Below, one piece after another: positions 24,491 to 33,899 of a stretch of 64,000 nucleotides of DNA. Every line of letters begins with the position of its first letter. Within the stretch, counting starts at the first letter, position 1. The notes below the pieces were generated by a model. The model had not been told where the DNA came from. It saw only the letters and a list, made by a program, of their open reading frames with translations, and made no database searches. The DNA lies in the NCBI GenBank assembly GCA_041891055.1, contig CP169074.1, forward strand, positions 1,536,001 through 1,600,000. Direction: 5' to 3'. The translations under genes were made by a program, and so were the position numbers. Source of the DNA: Halorutilales archaeon Cl-col2-1 (GTDB lineage: Archaea > Halobacteriota > Halobacteria > Halobacteriales > Afararchaeaceae).

Positions 24491-25000
24491 ATGAACACAC
24501 AGAAACAGCTCGACCTCCTGATAGAGGCTTTCGAGGGAGGCGTATTCGGACTAAGGAGGGTCTACGAGAGGGGATGGGGAAGAAACGGTGACGGTGACAC
24601 AGGTGATGCGAAGGTCGACCTCCCGAGGAGGAGAGATGACAGTATTACCGCAGACGTATCACTACTCGCCGAGAGGATAGAGCGAAACGACGCCCTCCTC
24701 AAAGAGATGACAACCAACCTCGCCCTCGGCTTCCTCGGCATCTCTTACGAACTCGTGAAGGAGTCGAGGGAGTACGACGAAAGGCTGTCACAGAAGCCCG
24801 AGGTACAGTTCCTGAGGTGGTGCCGGAACGCCGCCTTACACGGAAACAGGTTCGCATTCGAGCCGGGTAAGCCCGACAAGCCCGCGAGATGGGACGGCTA
24901 CGAGATATCCCAGTATCTTCAGGGACAGCGTCTAATACCAGAGTTCATAGAGATAGGTGATGCCGTCTGTCTCGTAGAGGACGTCCGTGACCTTCTCTGA
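24491..25000 (+). CDS. Hypothetical protein with an RNxxxH (HEPN-like) motif
   Basis: 169-aa ORF filling the intergenic gap, with host-like codons; contains FLRWCRNAALHGNRF. Confidence 0.7.
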   Translation: MNTQKQLDLLIEAFEGGVFGLRRVYERGWGRNGDGDTGDAKVDLPRRRDDSITADVSLLAERIERNDALLKEMTTNLALGFLGISYELVKESREYDERLSQKPEVQFLRWCRNAALHGNRFAFEPGKPDKPARWDGYEISQYLQGQRLIPEFIEIGDAVCLVEDVRDLL

Positions 25001-25004
25001 AGTA

Positions 25005-25655
25005 CTACTGTCCGTGTTCCTCGAACCTTTCTATGACTCTCTCCATCTCACTGTCGGAGAGCTCTACGGGATTACCCACGGTTCTCGCGCGGAGATAGAC
25101 CTCGGCAGTGAACTCGACGTTTACAGCGGTCTCTAGAGCGTCGTCTAAGCTCTCTCCCGTGGCTACAAGGCCGTGGTTAGCAAGAATACACGCCTCTGAA
25201 CCCGCCTCGTTCATCGCCTCGACGACGTTTTCGCCGAGCTCCGCAGTGCCGTAGGTCGCGTACTCCGAGACGGGAACACTTCTCCCCGCGAGCCCCACGG
25301 CGTAATGGACGGGTGGAATCTCCTCACGCAGAACACCGAGTGTCGTGACCGCGGGCGAGTGCACGTGTACGATGGCTCGGCTCCCGAGATCCGTGTAGAT
25401 ACGCGCGTGCATAGGCGTCTCGCTCGAAGGTTCGGATTCTCCCTCGATCTTCTCGCCGTCGAAGTTCACGACCGGAACGTCCTCGGAGTCGACTTCGTCG
25501 TACCTGACCCCTGTCGGCGTTATACAGAAGACGTCGTCGTTTCTCAAGCTGAGGTTTCCCGTCGTCCCCGGTGTCAACGAAGACAGACGTTCCGACGCCT
25601 CGGCAACGAGACCTCTCTCGGTTGCCATATCCATATCTTCCCCTGTCCCCGACAT
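25005..25655 (-). CDS. Class II aldolase (FucA/MtnB family)
   Basis: GNLS, ITPTG, PSSETPMH, IVHVHS and LANHG Zn ligands. Confidence 0.92.
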   Translation of the reverse strand: MSGTGEDMDMATERGLVAEASERLSSLTPGTTGNLSLRNDDVFCITPTGVRYDEVDSEDVPVVNFDGEKIEGESEPSSETPMHARIYTDLGSRAIVHVHSPAVTTLGVLREEIPPVHYAVGLAGRSVPVSEYATYGTAELGENVVEAMNEAGSEACILANHGLVATGESLDDALETAVNVEFTAEVYLRARTVGNPVELSDSEMERVIERFEEHGQ

Positions 25656-25661
25656 ACAGGA

Positions 25662-26108
25662 TCAGAACTCCGAGAAGTACTCCTCAACTGTTTCGACGGC
25701 GTTTTCCTTCTTCGCGGGGTATGCCTCGACTTTCCCCATGAGGGTTATCCCGTCACCGAGACGTATCTCGCCCTCGTACGCCGCTTGTTTGTCGAACCTG
25801 ACGTAGAACGAACAGTCGTCGTCTATGCGATCCTCTATCTCTTTCAGAACCCTGCTGAAGCTCTCCGCAGTCCTGACACTGTTCATGACGTAACGTATCT
25901 CGTCTGCGAGTTCGAGGCGCGTTTCGAAGACGGTTATTGTGTTGCCGTAATGCCCTTCTGCCTCCGACTTCTCCACCTCGTACCCCGTCTTTATCTCGTC
26001 GTCGTCCTCATCGCGCGGAGGCAGGAATGTGTCGAGCGCAGAGAGGACGCGATCCTCAGACTCGGTGTCGTAACAGAATGTCCTCAGGTCGAGGTAATGG
26101 AACGCCAT
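25662..26108 (-). CDS. Archaeal RNA-binding protein (exosome-associated type)
   Basis: TES...V..AL, EGHYGN, FYVRFDKQAAY, KVEAYPAKKE. Confidence 0.8.
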   Translation of the reverse strand: MAFHYLDLRTFCYDTESEDRVLSALDTFLPPRDEDDDEIKTGYEVEKSEAEGHYGNTITVFETRLELADEIRYVMNSVRTAESFSRVLKEIEDRIDDDCSFYVRFDKQAAYEGEIRLGDGITLMGKVEAYPAKKENAVETVEEYFSEF

Positions 26109-26200
26109 ACTCGTCTTATACCGTCGGAGGGTATAGTCCCCACGGTAAAAACGTCAGACGATACACAATTCTTAAGGTAATCCTTACGAAAGAGAAAGTA

Positions 26201-27253
26201 ATGACTCCTTCACGTGATGATGTTCTTGAAGCACTCAGAAACGTCAACGACCCCGAGCTAGGTGAGGACATAGTCAGTCTGGAGATGGTCGAGAACGTCC
26301 GTCTCGACGGCTCGACGGCACATTTCCGTGTCAATCTCCCGGCTCCGGGTATGAAGGAAGAGCTACGTGACGACATAACCGAGGCTCTCTCCGACGTTGA
26401 GGGTCTCGAAGGTCTTCAGGTCGAGTGGTCCTCGGAGGCTGAGGCGGCGGACGAGGAGAGTGAGGTACTTCCTAACGTGGATAAGGTAATCGCGGTTTCG
26501 AGTGGAAAGGGGGGCGTCGGAAAGTCGACCGTAGCGGTTAACTTAGCCGCCGCACTCTCCGACGCCGGAGCCACCGTAGGTCTCTTCGACTCCGACGTCT
26601 ACGGACCCAACGTCCCGCGTATGCTCGGGAGCGACGCCCAGCCTAGGGTCGACAAGGACGAGAAGATCATACCGCCCGAGAAGAGCGGAATCAAGGTGAT
26701 GTCGATGGGATACCTCACGGGACAGGACACACCCGTAGTCTGGAGGGGCGCGATGGTACACAACGCTCTGACACAGCTACTCAACGACGTCAACTGGGGC
26801 GACCTCGACTACCTTGTCGTCGACATGCCTCCCGGAACCGGAGACGCACAGCTCACGATAGCACAGACGATACCCGTCACAGGTGCTGTGATTGTCACGA
26901 CTCCACAGACCGTCTCTCTCGACGACTCGCGTAAGGGCGTCGAGATGTTCGAGAAGACCAACGTCCCCGTTGTCGGAATTGTCGAGAACATGTCGGAGTT
27001 CGTCTGTCCCGACTGCGGAGGACACCACGACATATTCGGATCGGGAGCGGGTCAGAAGCTCGCCGACGAGGTCGATGTGCCTCTCGTCGGAAGAATACCC
27101 ATAGACCCCAACGTCAGGACAGGTGGCGACGAGGGAGAGCCGATAGTCCTGAGCGACTTGGACTCACCCGCTAAGGACGCTCTGAGGGGCGCGGCGGACA
27201 GTATACGTGACGAGGTCGACTCGATAGGCGACAGGAAGCTCCCGATGGTATAG
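26201..27253 (+). CDS. mrp: Mrp/NBP35 (ApbC) Fe-S carrier ATPase with N-terminal DUF59
   Basis: SGKGGVGKST, DVYGP, WRG, DMPPGTGD, ENMSEFVCPDC. Start at the ATG at 26201. Confidence 0.95.
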   Translation: MTPSRDDVLEALRNVNDPELGEDIVSLEMVENVRLDGSTAHFRVNLPAPGMKEELRDDITEALSDVEGLEGLQVEWSSEAEAADEESEVLPNVDKVIAVSSGKGGVGKSTVAVNLAAALSDAGATVGLFDSDVYGPNVPRMLGSDAQPRVDKDEKIIPPEKSGIKVMSMGYLTGQDTPVVWRGAMVHNALTQLLNDVNWGDLDYLVVDMPPGTGDAQLTIAQTIPVTGAVIVTTPQTVSLDDSRKGVEMFEKTNVPVVGIVENMSEFVCPDCGGHHDIFGSGAGQKLADEVDVPLVGRIPIDPNVRTGGDEGEPIVLSDLDSPAKDALRGAADSIRDEVDSIGDRKLPMV

Positions 27254-27317
27254 TATAGACCACTGTCCTCCGATGGTATAGCGACACCATTTTAAGAAGT
27301 CGGCGCGTTGAGGTTAC

Positions 27318-28805
27318 ATGGGGACAGATTTCAGAGACAAGCTCGACTGCGAGGAGGGACTCACCTTCGACGATCTTCTTCTACGTCCTTCCGAGTCTAC
27401 TGTCGAGCCCAACGACGCTGACGTTTCTACCAGGGTATCGGTTAACGTAGAGATGGAGACTCCTATAATCAGTGCCGCGATGGACACTGTGACCGAGAGC
27501 GGCATGGCGATAGCGATGGCACGTGAGGGCGGAATCGGTGTCGTCCACAGGAACCTGAGCGCCGACTCGCAGGCTGAGGAGATAAGGAAGGTCAAGGACA
27601 GCGACCGTCTCATCACGAGAGATGTCGTCACTATAACGACCGACGCCTCGGTCGACGACGCGACACGTCTCATGGAGACGGAGGACGTCTCGGGACTGCC
27701 CGTTCTCGATGACGACGACGGGGAGCTAGTCGGCATAGTCAGCAAACGTGACCTGCGACCCTTTGCCGACACGGGACGCGGTGACGTGAGCATAACCCAG
27801 GTCATGACGCGCGATGTCGTCACGGTAGACGAGGGCATAGAGCCCGACGATGCCCTCGAACTCATGTACGAGAACGGCGTCGAACGTCTTCCCGTCGTAG
27901 AGGACGGCGGAGAGACAGTCGAGGGAATAATCACGATGAGGAGTATACTCAGGAGACGTGAGTACCCCGACGCTACGAGGGACGACGACGGACATCTCGC
28001 AGTCGCCGCCGCAGTCTCGCCTTTCAAGACCGACCGCGCGGTAAAGCTCGACGAGGCGGGTGCTGACGTACTAATGGTCGACACCGCACACGCTCACAAC
28101 ATGAACGTTGTCGAGGGGGCGCGTGAGATAAAACAGAGCGTCGACGCTGATGTCGTAGTCGGAAACATAGCCACGTCTGAGGCAGCCGAGGAGCTCGTGG
28201 AGTTTGCCGACGGTCTCAAGGTCGGTGTCGGACCCGGAAGCATCTGTACGACTAGGGTCGTCGCGGGTTCGGGTATGCCACAGATGACCGCTATCTCGAA
28301 CGTAGCTGACGTCGCCTCCGAACACGGAGTACCCGTGATAGCCGACGGTGGAATACGGTACTCGGGAGACATAGCCAAGGCTGTCGCCGCAGGGGCTGAC
28401 GCTGTGATGCTCGGCTCGCTTTTAGCGGGCACCGACGAGGCTCCGGGTAGGACGATAACCGTCCAGGGCAAACGTTACAAGCAGTACAGAGGGATGGGGA
28501 GCGTCGGAGCCATGACCGCTGGAGAGGAGACCACCGACAGATACCTCAAGGAGGAGACAGAGCAAGAGTTCGTCCCCGAGGGAATCGAGGGTGCTATACC
28601 CTACCGTGGTTCTGTCGGTAGTCAGATTCACCAGCTAGTCGGTGGTCTCCAGAGTGGAATGGGATACGTCGGCGCGTCCGACATAGACGAGATGCAGGAA
28701 GAAGCGAGGTTCGTACGTATAACAGGTGCAGGAAAGGAGGAGAGCCATCCTCACGACGTCATGATTACTGACGAGGCTCCCAACTACAGAAGCGATCAGA
28801 CGTAG
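27318..28805 (+). CDS. guaB: IMP dehydrogenase with a CBS pair
   Basis: [31 protein letters not shown]. Confidence 0.97.
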   Translation: MGTDFRDKLDCEEGLTFDDLLLRPSESTVEPNDADVSTRVSVNVEMETPIISAAMDTVTESGMAIAMAREGGIGVVHRNLSADSQAEEIRKVKDSDRLITRDVVTITTDASVDDATRLMETEDVSGLPVLDDDDGELVGIVSKRDLRPFADTGRGDVSITQVMTRDVVTVDEGIEPDDALELMYENGVERLPVVEDGGETVEGIITMRSILRRREYPDATRDDDGHLAVAAAVSPFKTDRAVKLDEAGADVLMVDTAHAHNMNVVEGAREIKQSVDADVVVGNIATSEAAEELVEFADGLKVGVGPGSICTTRVVAGSGMPQMTAISNVADVASEHGVPVIADGGIRYSGDIAKAVAAGADAVMLGSLLAGTDEAPGRTITVQGKRYKQYRGMGSVGAMTAGEETTDRYLKEETEQEFVPEGIEGAIPYRGSVGSQIHQLVGGLQSGMGYVGASDIDEMQEEARFVRITGAGKEESHPHDVMITDEAPNYRSDQT

Positions 28806-28822
28806 TCGGTTCTGTTTCTGTT

Positions 28823-29113
28823 CTAGACCTCTACCTCCATATCTACCTCACAGACCTGTCTGACCATCTCGTTCGCCCTTTCTTCGTCAGGGACACCCTC
28901 GACCTTCTCACCGTCGACTATCGTCGTTGGAACCTCGGTGATATCGTACTTGTCTACGAGATGTCTCCCGTACTCCGTACATATCTCGACGGTCTCGTAA
29001 CTGAACCCGTGCTGCCCTCTAAGTGACTCCCATATCTCCTCCGTCTCCGAACAGCCAAGACACCAGTCGTGGACTATCAGGGTGACCTTGCTTCTGCAGT
29101 CTATGTCATTCAT
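28823..29113 (-). CDS. Small thioredoxin/glutaredoxin-fold protein
   Basis: WCLGC CxxC motif and VPT cis-Pro motif. Confidence 0.75.
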   Translation of the reverse strand: MNDIDCRSKVTLIVHDWCLGCSETEEIWESLRGQHGFSYETVEICTEYGRHLVDKYDITEVPTTIVDGEKVEGVPDEERANEMVRQVCEVDMEVEV

Positions 29114-29216
29114 TACCACACCACCTACGTCTTTATTATAAATTGTGATATATAAATCCACCGGCGGTGTGTGAAGAAAGTCCACGTCACGACCAAGAGA
29201 CTCTGTATTTGTAGTA

Positions 29217-29414
29217 TTACACGAGTAGACGGTAGACGATCCACACAATCAGAGCTAAGACGCCGACTGCGACGCCTAGCTTGACTATACCCACGACGGC
29301 AGCGACGAGTATCTTGACCGCGGCGTAGCCGAGTATGACGGCGAGCGATCCGAGGACTGCATAGACGAGATAACGCAGTATCCTGTCGTCGTCGAGGAAC
29401 TCAGTCTTCGACAT
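29217..29414 (-). CDS. Small two-TM membrane protein
   Basis: 65-aa ORF with two hydrophobic segments. Confidence 0.6.
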   Translation of the reverse strand: MSKTEFLDDDRILRYLVYAVLGSLAVILGYAAVKILVAAVVGIVKLGVAVGVLALIVWIVYRLLV

Positions 29415-29458
29415 ACAGTCCGTAGGCTCTCGGAGTCTAAATGGCTTACTCTAAACTA

Positions 29459-30538
29459 TCACTCGTCGCCGTCCTCCCAGACGAACCTGCCGTTCTCCTG
29501 TATGACCTCGCCGTCGAACTCTATACGTCCGTCGCTCACGTCCTTTATCATGTCGACGTGGATCGCGCTCTGGTTCTGTTCGCGCCCCTCTCCGACGTTG
29601 TCGTCGTACGCGCGCCCGAGAGCCATATGTATAGTATCGCCCATCTTCTCGTCGAAGAGCATGTTGTTAGTGAAGACATCTATCTCCCTGTTAGTACCTA
29701 TACCGAGCTCTCCGAGTCTGCTCGCGCCGTCGTCTGTCGTTAGCACGTCTTCGAGTAACTCCTCGTTTCTCTCCGCCGAGAACTCGACGACCTCGCCCTC
29801 CTCGAACCTGAGGCGGACGCCCTCCATCTTCCGCCCCTGATGTATAAGAGGCTTGTCGAAGAGTACCTCGCCCTCGACCGAGTCGACAACTGGAGCCGTA
29901 AAGACCTCGCCGCTCGGCATGTTATGTCTCCCACACGAGTTGACGGCGTTCATCCCGTCGACGCTCATACGTATCTCAGTGTCTTCTCCATCTATGTAGA
30001 CCTCGTTCGCGTCGTCGAGCTTCTCCTTCAGAATTTCTTGCTTTTCTTCCACCTCCTCCCAGTCTCTCAGAACCGCTGAGTAGACGAAGTCCTCGTACTC
30101 CGCGAGCGACATCTCGGCGTTCTGGGCGTGTGCGTTCGTGGGGTGCTGTGTGAGACACCATCTCTTCGACAGCCTCTCCTCGCGTACAGGCTCCATGGCT
30201 CTCGCCCTTTCTGAAAGGACGTCTCCCGAGACATTCCTCATTGCTCTCAGGTTTGCTCCCGAACGTATGCTTATCACGACGTCCGCCTCCTCGTAGAGTG
30301 CGAGCTTGTGGTCGGGAAGACTGAACTCGCCGTCGTAGTTGGTGAGAAACGCCCGAGAAGCCTCGTCGGACGAGTACACAGTTACGGGCTCCGCGCCTTT
30401 CTTCGCTATCTCCTCGTTGAGGGCGACAACGAGATCCTCGGCTCCGTCGCTCGCCGAGATTACGACGTTGTCTCCCCTCTGTATGTCGGTGCTCCAGTCG
30501 ACCAGAATCTCTGCGTGCTCGCGTACGCGGTCGTCCAT
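29459..30538 (-). CDS. M29 aminopeptidase (AmpS/PepS family)
   Basis: NMPSGEVFTAP, GELGIG, FDEKMGDTIHMALG, SAIHVDMI. Confidence 0.93.
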   Translation of the reverse strand: MDDRVREHAEILVDWSTDIQRGDNVVISASDGAEDLVVALNEEIAKKGAEPVTVYSSDEASRAFLTNYDGEFSLPDHKLALYEEADVVISIRSGANLRAMRNVSGDVLSERARAMEPVREERLSKRWCLTQHPTNAHAQNAEMSLAEYEDFVYSAVLRDWEEVEEKQEILKEKLDDANEVYIDGEDTEIRMSVDGMNAVNSCGRHNMPSGEVFTAPVVDSVEGEVLFDKPLIHQGRKMEGVRLRFEEGEVVEFSAERNEELLEDVLTTDDGASRLGELGIGTNREIDVFTNNMLFDEKMGDTIHMALGRAYDDNVGEGREQNQSAIHVDMIKDVSDGRIEFDGEVIQENGRFVWEDGDE

Positions 30539-30637
30539 AGGTTAGAGACGTGCGCACGGCTGTATAATATAACGGATTCGTCTCAAGTCGAATAAAGACA
30601 GAAAAGACCCGAACTCAAATAACTATCCGGGCTTAGC

Positions 30638-30973
30638 TTAGCCGAAGAGTTCGCCGAGACCCTCTCCGGCGTCCTCTTCTGCTTCTTCCTCGGCTTCCTC
30701 TTCTTCTTCCTCTTCCTCAGCCTCGGCTTCCTCTTCTTCTTCCTCTTCGTCTCCGCCTGCGGCTGCGGCACCTCCGCCTGCGCCCGCTGCGGGTGCGGCG
30801 GCAGCCTGTTCAACTGCTTCGTCTATGTCGACCCCGTCAAGAGCAGCGACGAGAGCAGCGACGCGACTCTCATCGACGTCTACTCCTGCGGCTTCGAGTA
30901 CGTCTGTAACGCTGTCCTCCGTGACTTCGTTGCCCGCGTTGTGTACAACGAGGGCGGCGTAGATGTATTCCAT
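30638..30973 (-). CDS. rpl12: 50S ribosomal protein P1 (L12)
   Basis: MEYIYAAL N-terminus, Ala/Glu hinge, GLGELFG C-terminus. Confidence 0.97.
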   Translation of the reverse strand: MEYIYAALVVHNAGNEVTEDSVTDVLEAAGVDVDESRVAALVAALDGVDIDEAVEQAAAAPAAGAGGGAAAAGGDEEEEEEEAEAEEEEEEEEAEEEAEEDAGEGLGELFG

Positions 30974-31030
30974 GTGTTATATACTTCTCCTTGTTTTCTT
31001 CTCGGTCTGAACTGTTTAAACTCTTTCTAA

Positions 31031-32080
31031 CTAGAACAGGTTACCCATTCCCTCGGAGACGTCCTCGTCGTCCTCGTCTTCCTCGGGCTCGGCTTCCTGT
31101 TCTTCTTCGTCTTCTGTCTCTGCTTCTTCCGACTCAGATTCCTCCTGAGCCTGAGGCTCGGGCGCGTCGGCTTCGACACCCTGAAGCTCCTCGGGGAGGG
31201 CGTCGTCGTCGACCTCAGACGCGACTCCTCTGAGTGACGAGTCAGCCTGTGCAACGAGATCCTCTATCACGCCGGGCTCAGTGATCTCAGCCTCGACACC
31301 CAGCGAACGTGCCTCTCCGCCTGCCTTCGAGAGCATCGGACGAACCGTAGTCTCGTTGGCTATGCCCGCGTTGACTCCGAGGTTGAACGCACCTGCGGCG
31401 GCGGACTCGAGGTCGGAGACGTACTCTTCCTCGTCGATGTCGAGCGTGTCGGGCTCGAAGACTGTGCCGCCTTCTATGTCTATGACGGCGCGCAGGTCGA
31501 CACCCACCTCGACGGGGAATATCTCCATCTTCTGGAGAACCTCGGCGACCTGTGCCGAAGCTTCCTCGCCCTCCTCTGTCACGACGCTGTCCTCTATGAC
31601 CTTTATCGATCCCTCCTCTATACGAGCGTTGACGCCCGCCTGCTGGAGGTCACCGACGAAGGGCCCGGGATCCATGCCTGTGTCGCCCTCGGGGACGACT
31701 ATGTCGTGGGGTGCGACCTGTCCCTCCTTGAGAGGCGCGGGGCTCTTCGACTCCTCTATCTTCTTGTAGAGAGTGAACGGGTTCGAGTCGGTGAGGAGAA
31801 GACCCGACTGTCCGCTGACGTACTCGACGAGATCGTCGAGACCCTTCTCGGAGAGGGCGCGTCTCATCAGAGTGTTACGTCCGACACGCACCTTCGCGGA
31901 GCCGTGGAGGTTCTCACGAACCTGCTGGAACTGTTTCGAGCCGATTCCCTCGACGTTGACGACTCCCACGGCGGTGTACTCGTCGAGAAGCTTCTTGAAC
32001 TCCTCGACCTCCTGTTTCTTCCACTCGGGGACTTCCTCGGTGAGTGCTTCTGACTGTGTCTCTGTCTCTGTTGTTGACAT
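31031..32080 (-). CDS. rpl10: 50S ribosomal protein uL10 (P0)
   Basis: PEWK, RNTL, GDTGMDPGP, acidic tail. Confidence 0.97.
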   Translation of the reverse strand: MSTTETETQSEALTEEVPEWKKQEVEEFKKLLDEYTAVGVVNVEGIGSKQFQQVRENLHGSAKVRVGRNTLMRRALSEKGLDDLVEYVSGQSGLLLTDSNPFTLYKKIEESKSPAPLKEGQVAPHDIVVPEGDTGMDPGPFVGDLQQAGVNARIEEGSIKVIEDSVVTEEGEEASAQVAEVLQKMEIFPVEVGVDLRAVIDIEGGTVFEPDTLDIDEEEYVSDLESAAAGAFNLGVNAGIANETTVRPMLSKAGGEARSLGVEAEITEPGVIEDLVAQADSSLRGVASEVDDDALPEELQGVEADAPEPQAQEESESEEAETEDEEEQEAEPEEDEDDEDVSEGMGNLF

Positions 32081-32081
32081 T

Positions 32082-32717
32082 TTATACCTCCACTTCTACG
32101 GCGGGTCCCATAGTCGTCTTCACGAAGATGCGGTCTATGTTGAGTGGACCCTTTTCGAGTTCGGCTGTGAGTCTACGCATTACCGCGTTTATGTTGTCGG
32201 CTATCGCGTCGGCGGACATCTCCTCCGTCCCGACTGCGGTGTGGAAGGTTCTCCTGTCACCCGAACGCAGAGAGACGGTTCCCTTGAGACGCTGAACCTC
32301 CTCGGCTACGTCGTCGTCGGGGGCAAGAGGTGTCGGCATCTTACCTCGGGGTCCTAAGACCGTACCGAGGTAACGTCCGACGTCCTCCATGAACTCTGTC
32401 TCTGCGACGAAGAAGTCGGTCTCGTCGGCGAGATCCTTCGCGGCGTCCTGATCGTCTCCAAGATCCTCTATGTCGTCGGGGCTCAGGACATCGTCGGCGA
32501 CGTCCTCAGCCTGGAGTGCCGTCTCTCCGTCGGCTATCACGGCAACCTTTGTGTCACGCCCCGTGCCCTCGGGGAGGACGACCTCCTCATCTATCCTCTT
32601 ATCGGGCTGACTCAGGTCGAGATCCCTGAGATTTATAGCCATATCGACGCTCTCGACGAAGTTCCTCTCGGGAGCCTCGTCGAGTGCCTCCGAGACTGAC
32701 TCCTCTATGCTAGCCAT
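32082..32717 (-). CDS. rpl1: 50S ribosomal protein uL1
   Basis: [22 protein letters not shown]. Confidence 0.97.
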   Translation of the reverse strand: MASIEESVSEALDEAPERNFVESVDMAINLRDLDLSQPDKRIDEEVVLPEGTGRDTKVAVIADGETALQAEDVADDVLSPDDIEDLGDDQDAAKDLADETDFFVAETEFMEDVGRYLGTVLGPRGKMPTPLAPDDDVAEEVQRLKGTVSLRSGDRRTFHTAVGTEEMSADAIADNINAVMRRLTAELEKGPLNIDRIFVKTTMGPAVEVEV

Positions 32718-32779
32718 TAGGAGTCACCTCCGAGCGTGTGCGGTACTCTCGTGTCTGTGTGTTCTGTCTGTGTCTTCAT
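32717..32779 (-). CDS. Putative 20-aa leader peptide (uORF) overlapping the rpl1 start
   Basis: GGAGGT-6 nt-ATG; [20 protein letters not shown]; the stop TAA overlaps the rpl1 ATG (TAATG). Confidence 0.5.
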   Translation of the reverse strand: MKTQTEHTDTRVPHTLGGDS

Positions 32780-32785
32780 CTAGAT

Positions 32786-32850
32786 ACCTCCGTAGTACGG
32801 CGTAAGCCTTCTACGAAGCCGTGGTACTGCCCGCAGAACGGGGTAGCCAC
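32786..32850 (-). promoter_or_regulatory. Structured rpl1 leader, candidate L1 autoregulatory operator
   Basis: Hairpin CGTAG-AA-GGC-TTAC-GCC-GTA-CTACG abuts the SD GGAGGT; a second hairpin lies at 32821-32850. Confidence 0.55.
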
Positions 32851-32930
32851 TGCTTTTGTGGATAGAAGCCTCTGAGTAACAAAAAGCCACCGAAACCGGC
32901 TTAGGTCTCCCCACAATCTTCCTACATAGA

Positions 32931-33851
32931 ATGGATCTCAACGTCAACTCTCTTGAGATGGTAGACGACGCGGTCGAGTACGCCGACAGTCTCTCGGTCG
33001 ACGTACACGACTACTCGAACGGTGCGCGAGTCCTCGACTTCGGGGTCGATGCCGCGGGGGGTATAGAGGCGGGTCTCTACTACGCCGACATCTCGTCGGC
33101 TGGTCTCTTATCCGTGGACGTATCGGTCGACCGACTCGACGGCGTGGGTGCACCTCTCGAATACGTCGAAGTCTGGACTGACAGTCCCGAGACAGCATTA
33201 CTGACCTCACAGCACGCAGGATGGCACATAGACTACGAGGGCTACAGGGCGTTGGGGAGCGGACCCGCGAGTGCACTTGTCGAGGATGGGGCTGAAGCCG
33301 ACGAGGAGTTCGCGGTCGTCTGCTTGGAGTCGTCGACATTACCCGGTCCTAAGGTACTCGACTATATCGCCGACGAATGCGGTGTATCCACCAACTCTGT
33401 CTTCGGAGTCGTGGCTCCGGCTACGAGCACGGCGGGTGTCGTACAGACTGCTTCGAGATCCGCCGAGGTCACCCTCCTACGTCTCGAATCCCTCGGCTAC
33501 GATGTCTCGAAGGTCGAGACTGTCTCAGGGAGATCGCCTGTCGCACCTGTTGTCTCCGACGAGACAGAGGCTGTCGGTGTAACCAACGACGGTATAATCT
33601 ACGGCAGCGAGGTTCATCTCCGTGTAGCCGACGACTCGGACGTCTTCTCCGACCTTGCCTCGTCGTCGAGTCCCGACTACGGTGACCCCTTCGTCGACGT
33701 GTTTGACGAGGCGGGTAGCTTCGACGAGATAGACGACGCCGTCTTTGCACCTGCGTCTGTGACTGTCGACGTCATAGGCGGAAGAACCGTGACCGCCGGA
33801 GGGACAAACCCCGAGGTTCTCGTCGAGTCCTTCGGTATCGGATCGTCATAG
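32931..33851 (+). CDS. mch: Methenyltetrahydromethanopterin cyclohydrolase homolog
   Basis: DFGVDAAGGIEAG, SQHAGW, LGSGP, TND, FAPA. Confidence 0.88.
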   Translation: MDLNVNSLEMVDDAVEYADSLSVDVHDYSNGARVLDFGVDAAGGIEAGLYYADISSAGLLSVDVSVDRLDGVGAPLEYVEVWTDSPETALLTSQHAGWHIDYEGYRALGSGPASALVEDGAEADEEFAVVCLESSTLPGPKVLDYIADECGVSTNSVFGVVAPATSTAGVVQTASRSAEVTLLRLESLGYDVSKVETVSGRSPVAPVVSDETEAVGVTNDGIIYGSEVHLRVADDSDVFSDLASSSSPDYGDPFVDVFDEAGSFDEIDDAVFAPASVTVDVIGGRTVTAGGTNPEVLVESFGIGSS

Positions 33852-33899
33852 ACACACGTACCAGCATGATTTTTATTCTCTCCCAACTAAGAGACCTCA

